In this document: one piece after another, positions 23,801-36,983 of the stretch
Layout of the letters: the number at the start of each line of letters is the position of its first letter
How positions within the stretch are numbered: position 1 is the first letter of the stretch
NCBI RefSeq assembly: GCF_038025025.1
Contig: NW_027117344.1
Coordinates: forward strand, 558,001 to 622,000
Origin: Phyllosticta citribraziliensis
Lineage: Eukaryota
Direction: 5' to 3'
Length of the DNA stretch: 64,000 nucleotides
Notes under the pieces: model-generated
Seen by the model: the letters and a program-made list of their open reading frames with translations, nothing else
Databases searched by the model: none
Told to the model about the DNA's origin: nothing
Position numbers and translations under genes: made by a program

Positions 23801-26303
23801 ACGTCGTAAACAGCTTGAGGCCCGAGGTTTTGACTCTGTTCGGTCCAGCAGAAGGAGGCGATAGTGGCGGGCTAAGCTGAGACTCTGCAAACTTGGTCTG
23901 GCTCTGCTGTACGGCTTCCTGAGCTCGAGGCGATGACCATGGATCCGCTGCTGCCATGCTCGTACAGTAAAAGCACCTGACGGCAAGTTCTGGCTGACCG
24001 CTCGTCACTGCGACCTCGCCCCACTTGCGAACGAGGAACGATATCCGCTGCCAGTCGTCGGGGAAAAGCAGACAGGTGAGAAGAGTGGCCTCCAGGTAAT
24101 GTTTGCGGGCGACGTAGGCCTCCACAGCCTCGTTTGGCTCTCCAAGGCCGAGGAGGATGGCGGCGGCCGGATGAACGTCTCCCTTTTCAAGCAAGCGCTG
24201 AACAAACGCTTGCCCAACCTTCTTTTGCGAGTCATGGCCCATTGAGCTCAAAGCTAGCAACATCCAGTCGGATGAAGACATCGATTCAGATCCAATCATG
24301 GACGCCATCAAGTCAGAGCCAGAGTCACCAAGCCATTTCGACAGCAGGACACCGCTTGCCGAACCGGTTTGATGATTATTCACTACGCATCATGTCAGGA
24401 CCAGCGGGGAAGATAATACCAAAGACGACTCACACTCTTCGCGGACGAGCAGCTCAATGTCGTCATCCCAGCCGAAAACAACACTGAGCATTTGCTGGCG
24501 GAGCTCGTCGGCAGACTTGGCGGCCCCTGGCTGAGGCATCCTAAACGGGACATCGTGAAGACGGGCTTTTGTGAACGGGAAAAGATCTTGGCTGGACTCG
24601 CCATTTTCGTCTGGATCACGAAGCAGCTCCTTCCGTAACGAGGACGATTTGGTCGATCGGTGTTTTGAAGATGCAAACGACGTTGTTGACCGAGTAGACA
24701 TGCTCTCACGGCCTCGCCACGACGACCCCGAGCGGTAAGAGGAGCCAGAAGAGAAGACTGTGCCGTCGGATTCTTCATACATGCGGGGTGAGGGTTTGTC
24801 ATAGCGGTACTGCTTCCTCGACCCGCCTCCAGACGAGCGGGAACTGGTCGAGCCTCTGCTCGACACGGGGCTGAGAGGTCCGACGCGGTCGCGCCTCTCT
24901 TCTTCAAGCTGATCCATTTCCTGAGCAATCTTTTGCAGCGGCGACATGGTCGACCCCTCTCCTTCGCTGCTCTGAGCATCGAGGTATACAGGGAGGACAG
25001 GGTTGACCTCTGAACGAACTTCATCCTGCCTCTTCTGCCTCTCCTCTTCGATCGAGTTGGGCGGCGAAGGCGGCAAGGGCCCCGGCATGTGTTGGACATT
25101 GGCAACCAACATGGGGGTGTTGGTGGGGTTGATGTCATACTGCTGGACGGTATGGTTCCTCCCGATGGTGAAGAGCACGGCACCAGGTCCATAGTTTGAA
25201 AGACCAACGACTCCATCGATAGTTGGTACAACGTCAGAAGTCACCTTTTTGGTGCGCACATCCCAGGAACATGTCGATCTACACGTGAGTGTCAGTGTAT
25301 GCGGGACGAAAATAGGGCATGCAGGCTGTCACGTGTTACCCTTCTGAATACTGCACGATTCTGCCGTTTTTGGACCATCCGAACCAGCATGGCCCGCCGT
25401 CTCGGTTTTCTGGGCGACCGAGAATCCGAATCACGCAAGGGGGCTCGCTGCTGGGGGGTTTGGGCACGCTCCAAACGCGAAGATCGCCGTCGGCCGACTG
25501 CGTGGCAAGCATGTCCGACTTTTGCTTTGAAGATGAGCCATGCCACGCCAGATTGACGATTGGCGACGGCAGCCGCGGCGTGTTGAGGGTGTGCAAAATG
25601 GTAAAGGATGGCTGGAGCGACGCAATGAGGATGGAGCCGTTGAGGTAACTGTCTCATGGTCAGCGCAGGCGTGAGCATCACGCGAAGAGCGAAACACACC
25701 CAATGGCAAAAGTCCTGCAGTCGGACGCGGGCGCAAGGGCGGTGATTGGGTCGAAGATTGTTTTTGACGAAATGTGTTCCGATGTCGAAGGTTCGAAGAG
25801 AATGACGTTGCCCTGCGAGTTTCCTACACCATGCGTCAGTCCCAATGCTCCGACCCGCGGCGCTGCAACCTACCGAAAGCAACGTTTCCATTGCGCATGA
25901 ACGTAGCGGTTGTGATTTGCTCAAAGGCAGCAAACCGCGAAACCTCGTCGCCGGTGAGCAAGTCCCATACGATGGTCGTGTTGCCGACATCGTAGCTGAC
26001 GACCAGGCGGCCGGCACCCCTCTCGCTCACATTGTCGACGGTGATTCTCGACACATCCTCGCGATGCCTGGTGAAGCGGCGCTCAATTGCGAGCGTGTCG
26101 TGGTGGAGGCACAGGATGGCGTTTCTTTGGGCGTAGAGAAAGTATGAGGCGGTGGCGGCGCATGGATCCAGTTCGGCGGCCTTTGGCGTTATACTAGGCG
26201 CAGGGGGCGGCAACGGCGAGGCATTGCTCTCGCTGCGCTTAGTGGAAGAAGTGCTGCGCGAGGTCGACGGGCGGCGCTGCAATTGACGTCTGCCGGTCGA
26301 CAT
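20835..26303 (-). CDS. Large WD40-repeat protein with a central helical (Gemin5 TPR-like) region and a long disordered Ser/Arg/Pro-rich C-terminus
   Basis: WD-type motifs (TIVWD, LRVWS, CSWD, VQQYD). Helical segment GDVHPAAAILLGLGEPNEAVEAY. Introns at 25824-25873, 25649-25699, 25279-25339 and 24383-24433 join the ORF pieces in frame. Confidence 0.8.
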
Positions 26304-27247
26304 GGCGCGCGGTCGTCGTCTGCGGAGGCAGCAGGGGGGTGGTTAGCTTTGTCGGAGGATGGGCAGATGGGTCGACCATGGATGTTGGCGGTGGTGGGAA
26401 GAAGCCGGGAATAGGAGGGGATTTTGGAGGGAGCAGCGGGCGCTATGTATACCAGTATGTATCGGGGAAATGGACTTGGTGGGACAGGGGTGGTGTAGCG
26501 GTAAAGGCAAATGGAAGGAAGGTCAAGTGAAGCCCACGCTTCGGTGAGTGGGCTTGTGTTGCGTGTACGCGGTGGGATGCATGCGCCCGCTCTGGGATGG
26601 TGGTGCGAGCAGGTACAGCAGGAGTGAGTTGGGAGAGGATTGATTATGTGGAAAAGCAGCAGCAGCAGCAGCAGCAGCAGAAAGGGGGGGCTGCAGGCTC
26701 TCAGGCAGTGGATGGAGCGTTGGAGTCGGCGCTTGGAGGGGATGGGATGGGGGTCAGTAGCCACTCTCGTGACTGGGCGACAGATGGGCGAGGCGTCTAA
26801 TCAGTGATGATGATGGCGGTGGTGGTGACGATGACGACGGTCGCCGGCGAACAGAAGGTGAAGCTGGCGGCTGTCTTGGGCCTCATGCTCATGGGATGGG
26901 ATGGGATGGGATGGATGAGGATCCGATGGCGAGGGCGGCCAGCCAGTCGGCCAGGTCGGCATGAGTGTGACTGCGAGCTTCATGTTCCACGCGCCGTGTC
27001 TGCGTCCAGTCAAGGCAGAGTGTAGATGCTTGGCGCCAGCTCCGTCGACGAGTGGTTTGCCCGTCACGCCCACCAGGCCAATCAGCGCCCGAGGCTCCTC
27101 CCGCCGCTTGGAAAATAAGCGCTGCACAGGCCGCAGATCCCGGCCACCGCACCAGACCCGACCAGGCAGAGCAGAGCAGAGCAGAGCCACCAGCCAACAC
27201 CATCCATCCACTGATGCTGCTGTATTTAACCATCTCCATGCCATGTG

Positions 27248-27321
27248 CTGCCCTGCCCTGCCCTGCCCTGCCCTGCCCTGCCCTGCCCTGCCCTGCCCTG
27301 CCCTGCCCTGCCCTGCCCTGC
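27248..27321. repeat. (CCCTG)14 microsatellite
   Basis: Perfect pentanucleotide tandem array read directly from the sequence. Confidence 0.95.
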
Positions 27322-27924
27322 GTCGGACGGGGTTGGGCTGGGCTGGGCTGAGCTGGCTTGCAGCCATCTCGCCGCTCGTCCAAGTCGCGTCGAGTCGCGT
27401 CGCCATGCATCAAAACACCCATATACGCCGGCCTTGGTTGCACAAAACGATCGTGCCTGACCCGCAAGCAGACCGCCGCAGACGCCTCGTTTTCCCTCTC
27501 CGCGCCCATGTGCATCTGCGTCGCCCCTTTTCTTCCAGCTCGCGTCACCGCAGACGCGAAAAAAACACCACGCTCTTGCTTTTTTCCTTCGTCTTCTCCC
27601 TTCATCTCCCCGGCCCGGCCGCTTTTTGGCCCGCCTCCTGCTGCTACTGCTGCACCGTTGCAGGAAAACCAAGACCTGCCTTGGTTGGGAACCCACCACA
27701 GTGCAGTGCAGCCCAGGTCTCAACGGCCGACCGCCCGGCCAGCCAGCGAAACGACGCACGACGCAGCAGCCTGCGGACATGAAGGCCAGGAAGAGGAAGC
27801 CAGCGCCGGCATGCGAATGCCCACCTCTCGCCAAAATCCATCCATCACGCATATCCAATCCTGCCACCTGTAATTGCCCTGCGTGCGATGAGCTGGCCGC
27901 CTCGCCTTGTGCTGTTTTCTCCTT

Positions 27925-27944
27925 CCCCCCCCCCCCCCCCCCCC
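27925..27944. repeat. Poly-C tract (C20)
   Basis: Homopolymer run read directly. Confidence 0.9.
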
Positions 27945-29896
27945 AGTCCAGTGCCGTTGCACTTCTCCTGTTTGGAATAGAATGTCGTAGGTTGACAATT
28001 GGCGAGCGAGCCCCTTGGGCCGTTGTGCTGGCTGCTTGCTTGCGTGCATGTACATACACACAGCCAGTACATACGTAGGTTGTATGGATGCTCGTCCAGC
28101 TGTCGCCAGCCTGTCGCCGGCCCCTGGAAGCTCGTCAAACCTGGCCCGATCCTAGTGGTAGTATCCATAGTCTTGCCCCATCATCATCAATACTCGTCCT
28201 TGCCCATCCATGCGCGGCGCCGCGGCCGTCTCTCGCTACCACATCACCGCCTGTGTGACTTGGGGCCATGCAATCTGCCTCCAATCCCGACACGACCCTC
28301 GCCGGTTAGGTTGGGTTTGGACGACGTCTGGCTGCGGGGAAACGAGACGACGACGACGACAATAATGCCATTGAGACAGCCGGTCCTGGGCCAAGCAAGC
28401 AAGCCCCCCCCGGTCCTTTCACGAGCCACGGCACCGCACCGTATCACAATCACAAATGAGACTGTGACGCTGCAGCTTTCGCACGTCGTATGGGATGGAT
28501 GGATCGATGGATGCTGCCTCATGATGAAAAATCTTTCGTGTCTTGTCTTGGGCGTTTCCTCGTCGTCGCTGCTGCCGCCGCCGCCGCCGCCGCGGCGCCT
28601 TGTTTGCGACGGCCAACTTTTTTGCTGCCTTTTCTTCGCCCCCCGGCGCCTCCGTCGCGCCAAGGCTGCCATCACGCAGCAAGGATGTCAAGGGGCATCG
28701 CGACATTTTGCCTGCTCTGCAAAAGGTGGTTATGTGTCCTGGCACCAAGCCTCGCGAGGCAGCGAACACTTCCCCCCATCGCCGCCCTACTGCTCGGCCC
28801 TGGTTTCATCCCGCTTCCCCTCCTCGCTTCCGTCGCCGGGCTGGCGACCTTCCTTGGGTCTTCTGGAACGGCCCCGGCCAGTCCTGAGCGAACGCAGATA
28901 AGGCGTTCCACCTAGGCCGGGGCAGGCAGGCAGGCAACTCAGCAGTCACAATGCAAGCATGTGGTAGCAGCAGCCAGATTTTTGGAAAAAAATAAAAAAT
29001 TAGAAATTGTCTTAATGCTACCTAAGACTGGAACGGCGCCCATTTCGGAGTCGCCGGTCCTTTCACGTTCCTCTGCCGTCGCGTGGCACACCCATCCCCC
29101 CCTCCAAGTCCAGGCAGTCGTGTGCCAAGGGCACGAGGGGGAGGGCGGCGGCTTCGTGCTTCCACTCCCTTTCCTCCGCTCCGGGCCTCTGCAGACCGCC
29201 GCGTCCATTTTCGCGAGTTGCATTGACAATGCCCGCCTCGCGGAAAGGGAAGGATGCGACTCGAGATCCGAGGCCGTTCCTCCAAACAGATAGTTCGGCA
29301 CGTCGTAGCCGAGCCGGGGTTCACAGCCAGTGATGAAGCCTAGGCAACACCGCAGCGACACGTCTCATCCATGCGGTGATGGCGGCGTGTGCGTGGCTTG
29401 TGGAACAGTCGCGTGGCTGTGAGTGGCAGCCCGACAGTTCAGACACAGCTCGGGGTGCGCGTGTGGTTGATTCGATTCGAAGTGGTGAAATCGCAACCGA
29501 TGGCGGGCGCCGTTGCGCCGGATGATGTGCCGCCCCGTCAACGACGTGGGTGACGTGCGGGTGTTGATCACAATCATCTGCCCCGGGCGGGTTGCTGGCT
29601 GCCGTGCGGCGTTGCGTCGCCCACCACTGCCAGCAATGGTAAAGGGAATGCATTCTCCCGACAAAAGGGTTGGGCTCGCGATTCGCGGGGGCCCTGGCCT
29701 GGGTGGCTCGGTTGAGCTGCAGGCGAAAAATTGGGGGTGAAACTAGGGTATCTCTTGAATGGGCCAAATTTGGCGAGCCGAAAGGACATAATAGTCTGGG
29801 AGCGCATGAGTCAGCTTGATAGCCCTATGGATGCAAGCCGACGATCAAGTACTTACGTTGATAAAAAAGGGTCTGGTGCTAGGTAAGACGCGTCGC

Positions 29897-30316
29897 TCAC
29901 TCCGGGGCCTTGGAAGGAGACTCGGCAATGGGAGTCATGGGCTTGGACGGCCTCCTCTGCTTCTTGGAGCTAGACCGCCTCTTCTTGGGTGATGCGTAGA
30001 GTGGGAGCAGAGGCATCTGAGCGGGCTCAGGCATGGGAGGCATGCGAGGAGGAGCAGGGGCCTTTTCGAGGATGGGAGCACTGTCCAGCAGGTCGTCCGG
30101 AAAGAGATCGGCGTCGCTAATGTAGGAGCTCGGCGTGTTGTTGCGATAGCTGCCGGTGCTGAACGAGTTGCCCGTGGGCCACGAAGGGTAGGCGCAGGAG
30201 TAGCCCTTGGGAGAGGCCGACATGTCGCGCGGCGACGACGAGTAGAAGCTGCTCGAGGACGAAGAAGAAGACGAGGCGGAAGACGGGATGCGGACGGGCG
30301 ACGAGCTCGTATGCAT
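29897..30316 (-). CDS. Small (139 aa) Ser/Pro-rich protein of unknown function
   Basis: ATG in ATCATC context. Strong C/G-ending codon usage. Motifs SCAYPSWP and SSYISDADLF, a basic PKKRR patch, and TATTAAAA ~70 nt upstream. Canonical intron in the 3'UTR (29796-29856). Confidence 0.75.
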   Translation of the reverse strand: MHTSSSPVRIPSSASSSSSSSSSFYSSSPRDMSASPKGYSCAYPSWPTGNSFSTGSYRNNTPSSYISDADLFPDDLLDSAPILEKAPAPPRMPPMPEPAQMPLLPLYASPKKRRSSSKKQRRPSKPMTPIAESPSKAPE

Positions 30317-33300
30317 GATGGGTGAAGGTGTGGTTGGTATCTTGGTGGTCGAGTGAAAAAGTCGAAGTCGAAGAGGTCCGAGTGTTTTAATAGGGAGTGG
30401 TGTCTGAGGATTTGTTGGAGGGTGTGAAGGCAGGTGGTTCTGGGGTACCATCATCTGGATGGGATGGGGGCGCGTGGATGGGATATATGACCGACGCAGG
30501 TGTTTGCTTTGGTCTCCGCCGCCACACGCCCAAACCCCCCCACGACGACGGACGGACGGACCATCCCTGCTGCAGATGGAGCGACAAGGGTGCCGCGATT
30601 AGGCCAGGGCACCCAGGGATCCAAACAAACGAGTCCTGTGCAAGCTGATTCGTGAGAGCGGCGACTCACCGCCGCGCCGATGACCGGCCGCACCGACCGC
30701 CTTTTTCACTTTCAGATGACGGATGAGCAGAGCAGCGCAACAGTCCACACCGGCGCTGATGCCGCTGCTGCTGCTGCTGATGCTGCTGATGGATGGCTGA
30801 TGCTGATGGATGGGTGCGGTGCGGTGCGGTGCTGATCCTGCGCGGCCCGCCCTGCCTTGCCCTGCCACGCCTCTCCCTCCCTCCTCTCCGCTGCCTCTGC
30901 CTTCCGTCGTTTGTTCTGACCGCTTGAAGCGCCTGCGACGTCTGCAGCAGCCTGACAGCTCTTCACGCACCGACGCGTCGCAAAACTGCCCAGGACTCCA
31001 GGCAGCCCATCCCGTACGTACCGAGGTGCCCAGCTGGGCTCCACCCCAAGGCCCGAATGCACCCCCCGCCATGACGACTTTTTGCAAGATCTCATCTCGG
31101 GAGCGAACGGACTGTGTCGCATCCTGTCACCCTGTGTTGGGTGCGTTTGCCGACGCCCTGCCCTGCCTGCGTGCCGAGGACCACCACTCTTGTCGTCTTC
31201 CACTCGCAACCCAACCCAACCACGCCGGCTGGGGTACAGTAGCGCAGACCCTGATCTGTCTTTCCGGATCTTCTTCTAGGTCGCTGCCCACGGCGGCTGG
31301 CAACCACGGCAACACAAACCGCCCCGTCAGCTGTCAAGAGTAGCTCCCATGACGCCCGCCCTGCCCTCGACTTGTGTTGCTGTTGGCTGCTACGCGTCGC
31401 GCAACGTGTCCATCTGCCGCGCCCGTGGAAACACAAAGCCCCCATATCACCGCCGCCGCCGACATGCTGCCTGGGATTGCCGGTGGGGAACCTGCACCGA
31501 GTGGGCGTGGCATCCTTGAAACGCGGCGTGCCCTCTGGTCGCTGCAAATCGCCCTGCCCTGCCCGCCGCGGCTTTCCAAAAGGCGATAATTGGATAGCGA
31601 GCCCGGTGTTTGACGGCTAGGCCGGCCATCCAGACTCCTGCCCCTTTCACCGCACCGCCACTTTTTGTTGTTGCGCGCGCTCGCCGCCGGCCCAGTCTTG
31701 CTTTGGTACGGCCTTCAGCGCGGTCCTGGTGGTTGATGATGATGGTGATGACGATGATGGTGCGCCGTTTTTCTTTACCAAATGCCGGCAGGGAAAATGT
31801 TCGCCGGTTTTGCGGGACTTGTCCGAAACGAGCGACTTTGCACACACGCTCGGCCCCCTCAAGCACTCCGTATTGCTGATTTACTGCAACGTCACTGCGC
31901 TTTGTTCGATATCATTAGCTAAATACGGTAATGTCGCAACGACGGCAAAACCGCGGACGTGTCCACAACGTCGACTGCGCCCACCAAGCGCCGCACCAGG
32001 ATCAACATGTGCAGCTTTGGACGGAGATAACGACATGCATTCGTACTGGACGGAGAAACCTGCTGCTTGCATTGTCGTCCCCAGGCTGTGCAGCTTCCGC
32101 TGGTGGTGGTTTGGCGACAACTGCCCCTTTTGACTGACCCCTTCCGACCGCCAACGAACATGGCAGTCCTGCGTCGTGAAACGAGTCTTACAAGTCGCTT
32201 CAAACAGGTGCCGGGAAAAGTGTGCGGGCATGAAACGGCCGCCATGACGCCATGGTGCAGCCTGAAGCCCCTCTGCGCTTCATTAGAATCCACCAGGGCC
32301 CCGCTGCTCCTGAAGCGAAGGGGACAGAGTCGGGCGATTCCGGGCGGCATTTTCCCCTCGAGTCAAGAATGCGCCGTATGATGGCACTCGCAGCTGCAAC
32401 ATGATTATTCCGCTCGTCCTTGTGAGTAGGGTCCTCGTGGTGGACCCTTCGCAAAATTCTCGGTGACGGCCACAATGACCAAAATGCAGGGGGTAGGAGA
32501 AAATTCCTCAGCAATGACTTCATGCATCGCCAATGACCATGAAGATGTGAAGGTGCTTGGTTTCATTGGCCAGCCGGCCCTTGCCACAATCAGTCCAGCA
32601 GTCTTTTTCAAGGAGTGGCTGACCGGCGACGCGGGACCGGCGGACAGATCCCTTTTTCCTGTCCATGTTCCAAGGTTGTCGCTTGCAGCGCCATGCGACG
32701 GAAAAGAATTTTGCAGCGGAGGCGCCAAAAAGACGCGAAAATCTTCAAGGGACAGGACAAGATTGACACAGTTGACAGGCCAGGATGACGTCGACCACGA
32801 CGACTAGTCAAACAAGCGGCGGTAGGCAAGCCGACATTGCACCGTCTCGAAGACGATTAGAGACGACGTTAGCCGAAGGTCGAGTCACGGCCCAACGAGG
32901 TTTATTTGGCGGCTGGGCAGCGCGCAAGCTTTGGCGAGCGGACGACGTGAACCAGACTCTGACTTCAGACGATTGAAGTTGTGCAAGTCCATGAGTCGGC
33001 TCGACGCGCGCGAAGGAAGGGTGCATTGCCCGTGACGGCTGCGAGGAAATGGTCGGCGGGAGCGAATGCGGACGATGGCAACAGGGTTTGGTCGAGTCAC
33101 GGATAGGGCTGATGGCCACTTGTTCCACGTGGTGCCCAGTCCAGCTCAGGTTAGCAGCCCTGTGCTCTTTCACATGTCCTCTTTTGGTTGTCGTCATGAC
33201 TGATACACGCTGTACAATTCGACGGTCCGCTGCAGATGGTCCCAACGCCATGCAAACTCGGCGCTCACGACACGATCCGTTTCGCCAAAACCCAAACGGG

Positions 33301-36300
33301 ACACGCGTTGAGTCATCTGTTGGACACTGTCAACATTGTCGAGAATTCACCGGACACAGCTGTGCAACCCAGAGGCGGAATCGACAAGTCATCTGTCACG
33401 ACACGGCCGTCGAGTCATGTGCTGCTCGCGGGGGCAAAGTGGAATGTAGCATCAACAAGCTGCACGTGTTTGCTCAGTTCCGCGAAGCAACCTCCGACGA
33501 CACAGGCCAAAGACGGTAACCCGGCGCGGTGGCGGAAAAAGCTGGAGTGGTGAAGAAGGAAGCTTTGCGCGGTCCCGTCCGTCCTGTTGCCGGAACTGGT
33601 TCCCCGCGGCCGCAACGCCCAGACGGCGGGGTGCGGGGAAGACGACGCCCCACCACGTCCAGAACTTGGTCGACCCCAGTCCCAAAGGTTACCTGCTCGA
33701 AATTCTTCCGTCAACAAAGACCTGTCCGACATCGCAAACGCCAACAACCTCACCGGTCGCTGGCGCGCGCTGTCTCCGACCATTTTTCGTGCAACCGCCC
33801 GTCTGCGTCGACGCATCCCTTTCTTCCTCCCGTCTCACCCCCACCATCCCCACCATCTGCGATCGGGGTGGGGGAGGCAAGAGGCAAGATTGCCTGCTTG
33901 TTCCCTCACTGCCTCAACACGACCCTCAGCCAACGTCAGCGCTGCTTCAACACCATTTGACAAAGTCGATACACGGTGTGCTCTCCCCGTACACGAGCGC
34001 AGTGCTATAATGGGAATCCATGCCCCTAGCCCGCGCCGTCACCGCCCGGTCCATGCTCGGGTTTCTCAGAAGATCCATCACCAGCCACATCCATTCCCTG
34101 CAATGTCCACCAATCGCACCAAAGAACCAAGAAGGCCAGCCCTGTGCTCTTCCTGGCTTCGACCTTCCTTCGCTCAGGCTTCCAGACCGCACTGATGCGT
34201 CTCCAGCCAGCCTCAGCACCAGCCCACACCTGCCGCTTCAAGCGCTGCAACACTGAGAATCATCACCACCAATCGCCATCGCAAGCCTGGCTCTACCGCT
34301 ACTGGCCTTGCAACTTTCCTTTGCTCACTTCCGATACAGTACGGTGGCGGACGCCGTCTCGAATACGACGTGCCGCTCCCACAATCCGGATCGCTACGTG
34401 CCTAACAGCCCAGCAACAGCCACTGCCGTCGTTACCTTCCGACTGGTACGTACACAAGAGCTGGTTCACCGGCTCACTGACCGACAGCGCCGGCGACGGG
34501 CTAGGCTCTCAGCTCAACTGCCGACCGCGTCTGGCCATCTCAAACATGCCGCGCGCGGCGCGGCCGGCATAACGTTTTCCGCCGTCCGCTTCTCGAATCC
34601 TTCCTTGGTTCCGGTGTGTCGGCATCGGCGTTCCCGCCTTGGACCGCTGTCGCGATGAACAACGGAGCGACTGCAATGGTGGTGAGGCGAGCACAGTACG
34701 CACGTTGGCACACAGCACGCCCTGCCCAAGATGCTCGTGCCTCGGCCTCGGCTCGTCTCGCGTCCTCTTGCGACTCGAGACGAGCCGAGGCGCGCAAGTC
34801 GACCTGTGGCGCTGCTGCACGAGTTGCTGCCTTTTGGTTGGTCTGGCGCGATGACCGTTAGATGTGTCCGTGTGCGTGCATTGGGCCAGGAATAGCTCCA
34901 GCGCAGGCTTTCCGATATAGTTGGCCCTGACGTCACGTCTACTAGGACACCGCGACAGGCTGCACGAGGGTTTCGGACCGCGACCCTTGGCCACGAGCTC
35001 TGCGCTCATGACGTCTGTCATGTCGACTTGCTTCACACCTGCGCGACGGATCAGTCTGCTGTCTAGCGGGATGCGCAGGCAGAGCGCGCCATGCGTCAAG
35101 CGTCCCACCAAAGCGACGATGCCTGGAGCAAGCAGTACAGCGCAGAACAAGTCTTTTCCAGGCCGCGGGTGTTGGACAGGCATCCATGGCTCAAACACTC
35201 CCGCATCCGTTACGTCACGCATCGAATTCCGCTGCCATCATCTCCACCGAATAACCTCAGTGCTCCACGTGGAGGAAGTCCGCATCGGAGCGATCGCCCG
35301 GTGGAGAGCCGTTGGGAGCTGGAGAGGTTCAGGCGTCCTGTCCCGACAACACGCACGGCGTCCTCTCCACTGTTACCCTTCTTTGCGCTCTTCTTGCCTT
35401 TCTGCATCCTGGCCGCTGCGAGCATGTTATGCGTTGACATCTCATCATCCCTCCCTCTTTCGGTCATCGTTTTCCCCCTTTTCCAACTGACCTGCAGGGC
35501 TGGCTCTGCCGCTCAACCCCCGTCCATGATGCATCCTTGTCTTGAAGAGGGAGGAGAAAAGACAAAGCCTGATGGCCACGTTGATGTTGTATCTTCTTCC
35601 TTGCTCCGATCTGTCTTTGCCCCATATTGGTTCTCAGAGTCATGCCCCTTGACAGATGACGTTGATACTTCGTCGCCATGTTCGAAATCCTCATCCCGGT
35701 CCATCCACCTCTCGCTCATTCCATCATCATCGCCATCGTCATCATCGTTCAGTTGTCGTCACCGCCGCTCAGAATACTCGGCGACGACGTGGATCATACG
35801 GGGATGGGGACGGGGACCGACAGACAGGTTAAGCATGGCCGCTGATCTCAGCTTGGCCTGCTCATCTTGCCAAATCTTCTCAATCACGGACATGATTGGC
35901 TGCACGGCCATTGAGAAAGGTCGTAGGGCTGGCTGGCTGGCTGGCTTACAGGCCGATCTGACGTATGCACGCCATCCTATGGCACAGTGCCGACTTTCTC
36001 ACCCACTCAACTCTCTATCTGCGTGTACCATACGTGCGCGTGCCCTTGCCACTCTCTGCAAGCCGAGCTTACCTGTCTCCCTATCGCGCAGACCCACACC
36101 CAACCTGCGTCGCCTAAGGTTGTGCGATCGTGGGTCAGCGCGGATCAGGGTAATGGTAGGGCTGGCCAGTCCAGCGTCAGCGAGCGTCAGCCAGTCGTCT
36201 ACGGTGCCGTGGAGCAGAGCAACGGTGGAGGTGGGCGTGCCGCATGAGATTACAGGTCCGGGCATAGGGCATGAGGCAGGTAAGGCGGAGCAGGTAGGCA

Positions 36301-36960
36301 CACAGATGGAAGGTAGGTGAAGAGGTGGGTGTGCTTGCACGGCGCTTCGTCGAGTCCGACATCGCATTGCGCTTCCATCGCATCACAGTGCGTGCATAGC
36401 ATCGTTTTGCAAATTGACCTTGATTGCTACACATCACACACACAGGCGCGCAGCGAGCGAGCTCATCCAACCAACCCATCTAATCACTTGCTCGCTCATT
36501 CGCGCTCCGCATCCAAACAGGCAAGTTGGCAGACACGCGGGTTGATAGTGGTGATGGTGGTGGTGGTGGGTGTCTCAACCGCCTAACTGCCCAACAGCCC
36601 ACGGTCTCACACTCGGCGTGGGGGGACACTACGGTACTGACAGCTGTGGAGCTGGGTAAGTCAGTGGGTGGGCTCGGGGCATTTAGCCCGGCGGTGGGGG
36701 ACAGGGGAGAGAGAGGCACCCCAGCTCAACTCGGTCTACAGCGTCGCGAAGCCAATCCCGACGGCGATCATCTGTCGGCGTGGAGGCGCCCGAAGAGTGA
36801 GTGGGTGTGTGGATGGGCTGTCTTGTCCTGCTTCCCTTGTCCGTATTTTCCGTTCGTCCTCTACTTACTTGCCCTCGCGGCCACGATTACTTACGTACTG
36901 TAGGAGCAGAGGCGCCCGCGGCCTGTCCGGAGCGAAGTACGGTAGGGTAGGAGGGTGTGG

Positions 36961-36983
36961 TTTTTTTTTTTTTTTTTTTTTTT
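36961..36983. repeat. Poly-T tract (T23)
   Basis: Homopolymer run read directly. Confidence 0.9.

Noticed and set aside
26801..28059. ORFs with GQGRA or PCPAL repeats
   Set aside because: These are translations of the (CCCTG)n microsatellite.
35091..36320. 409-aa open frame
   Set aside because: Ser/Arg/Leu/Cys-rich composition typical of GC-rich non-coding DNA, with no motif and no evident codon bias. It cannot be fully excluded without expression data.
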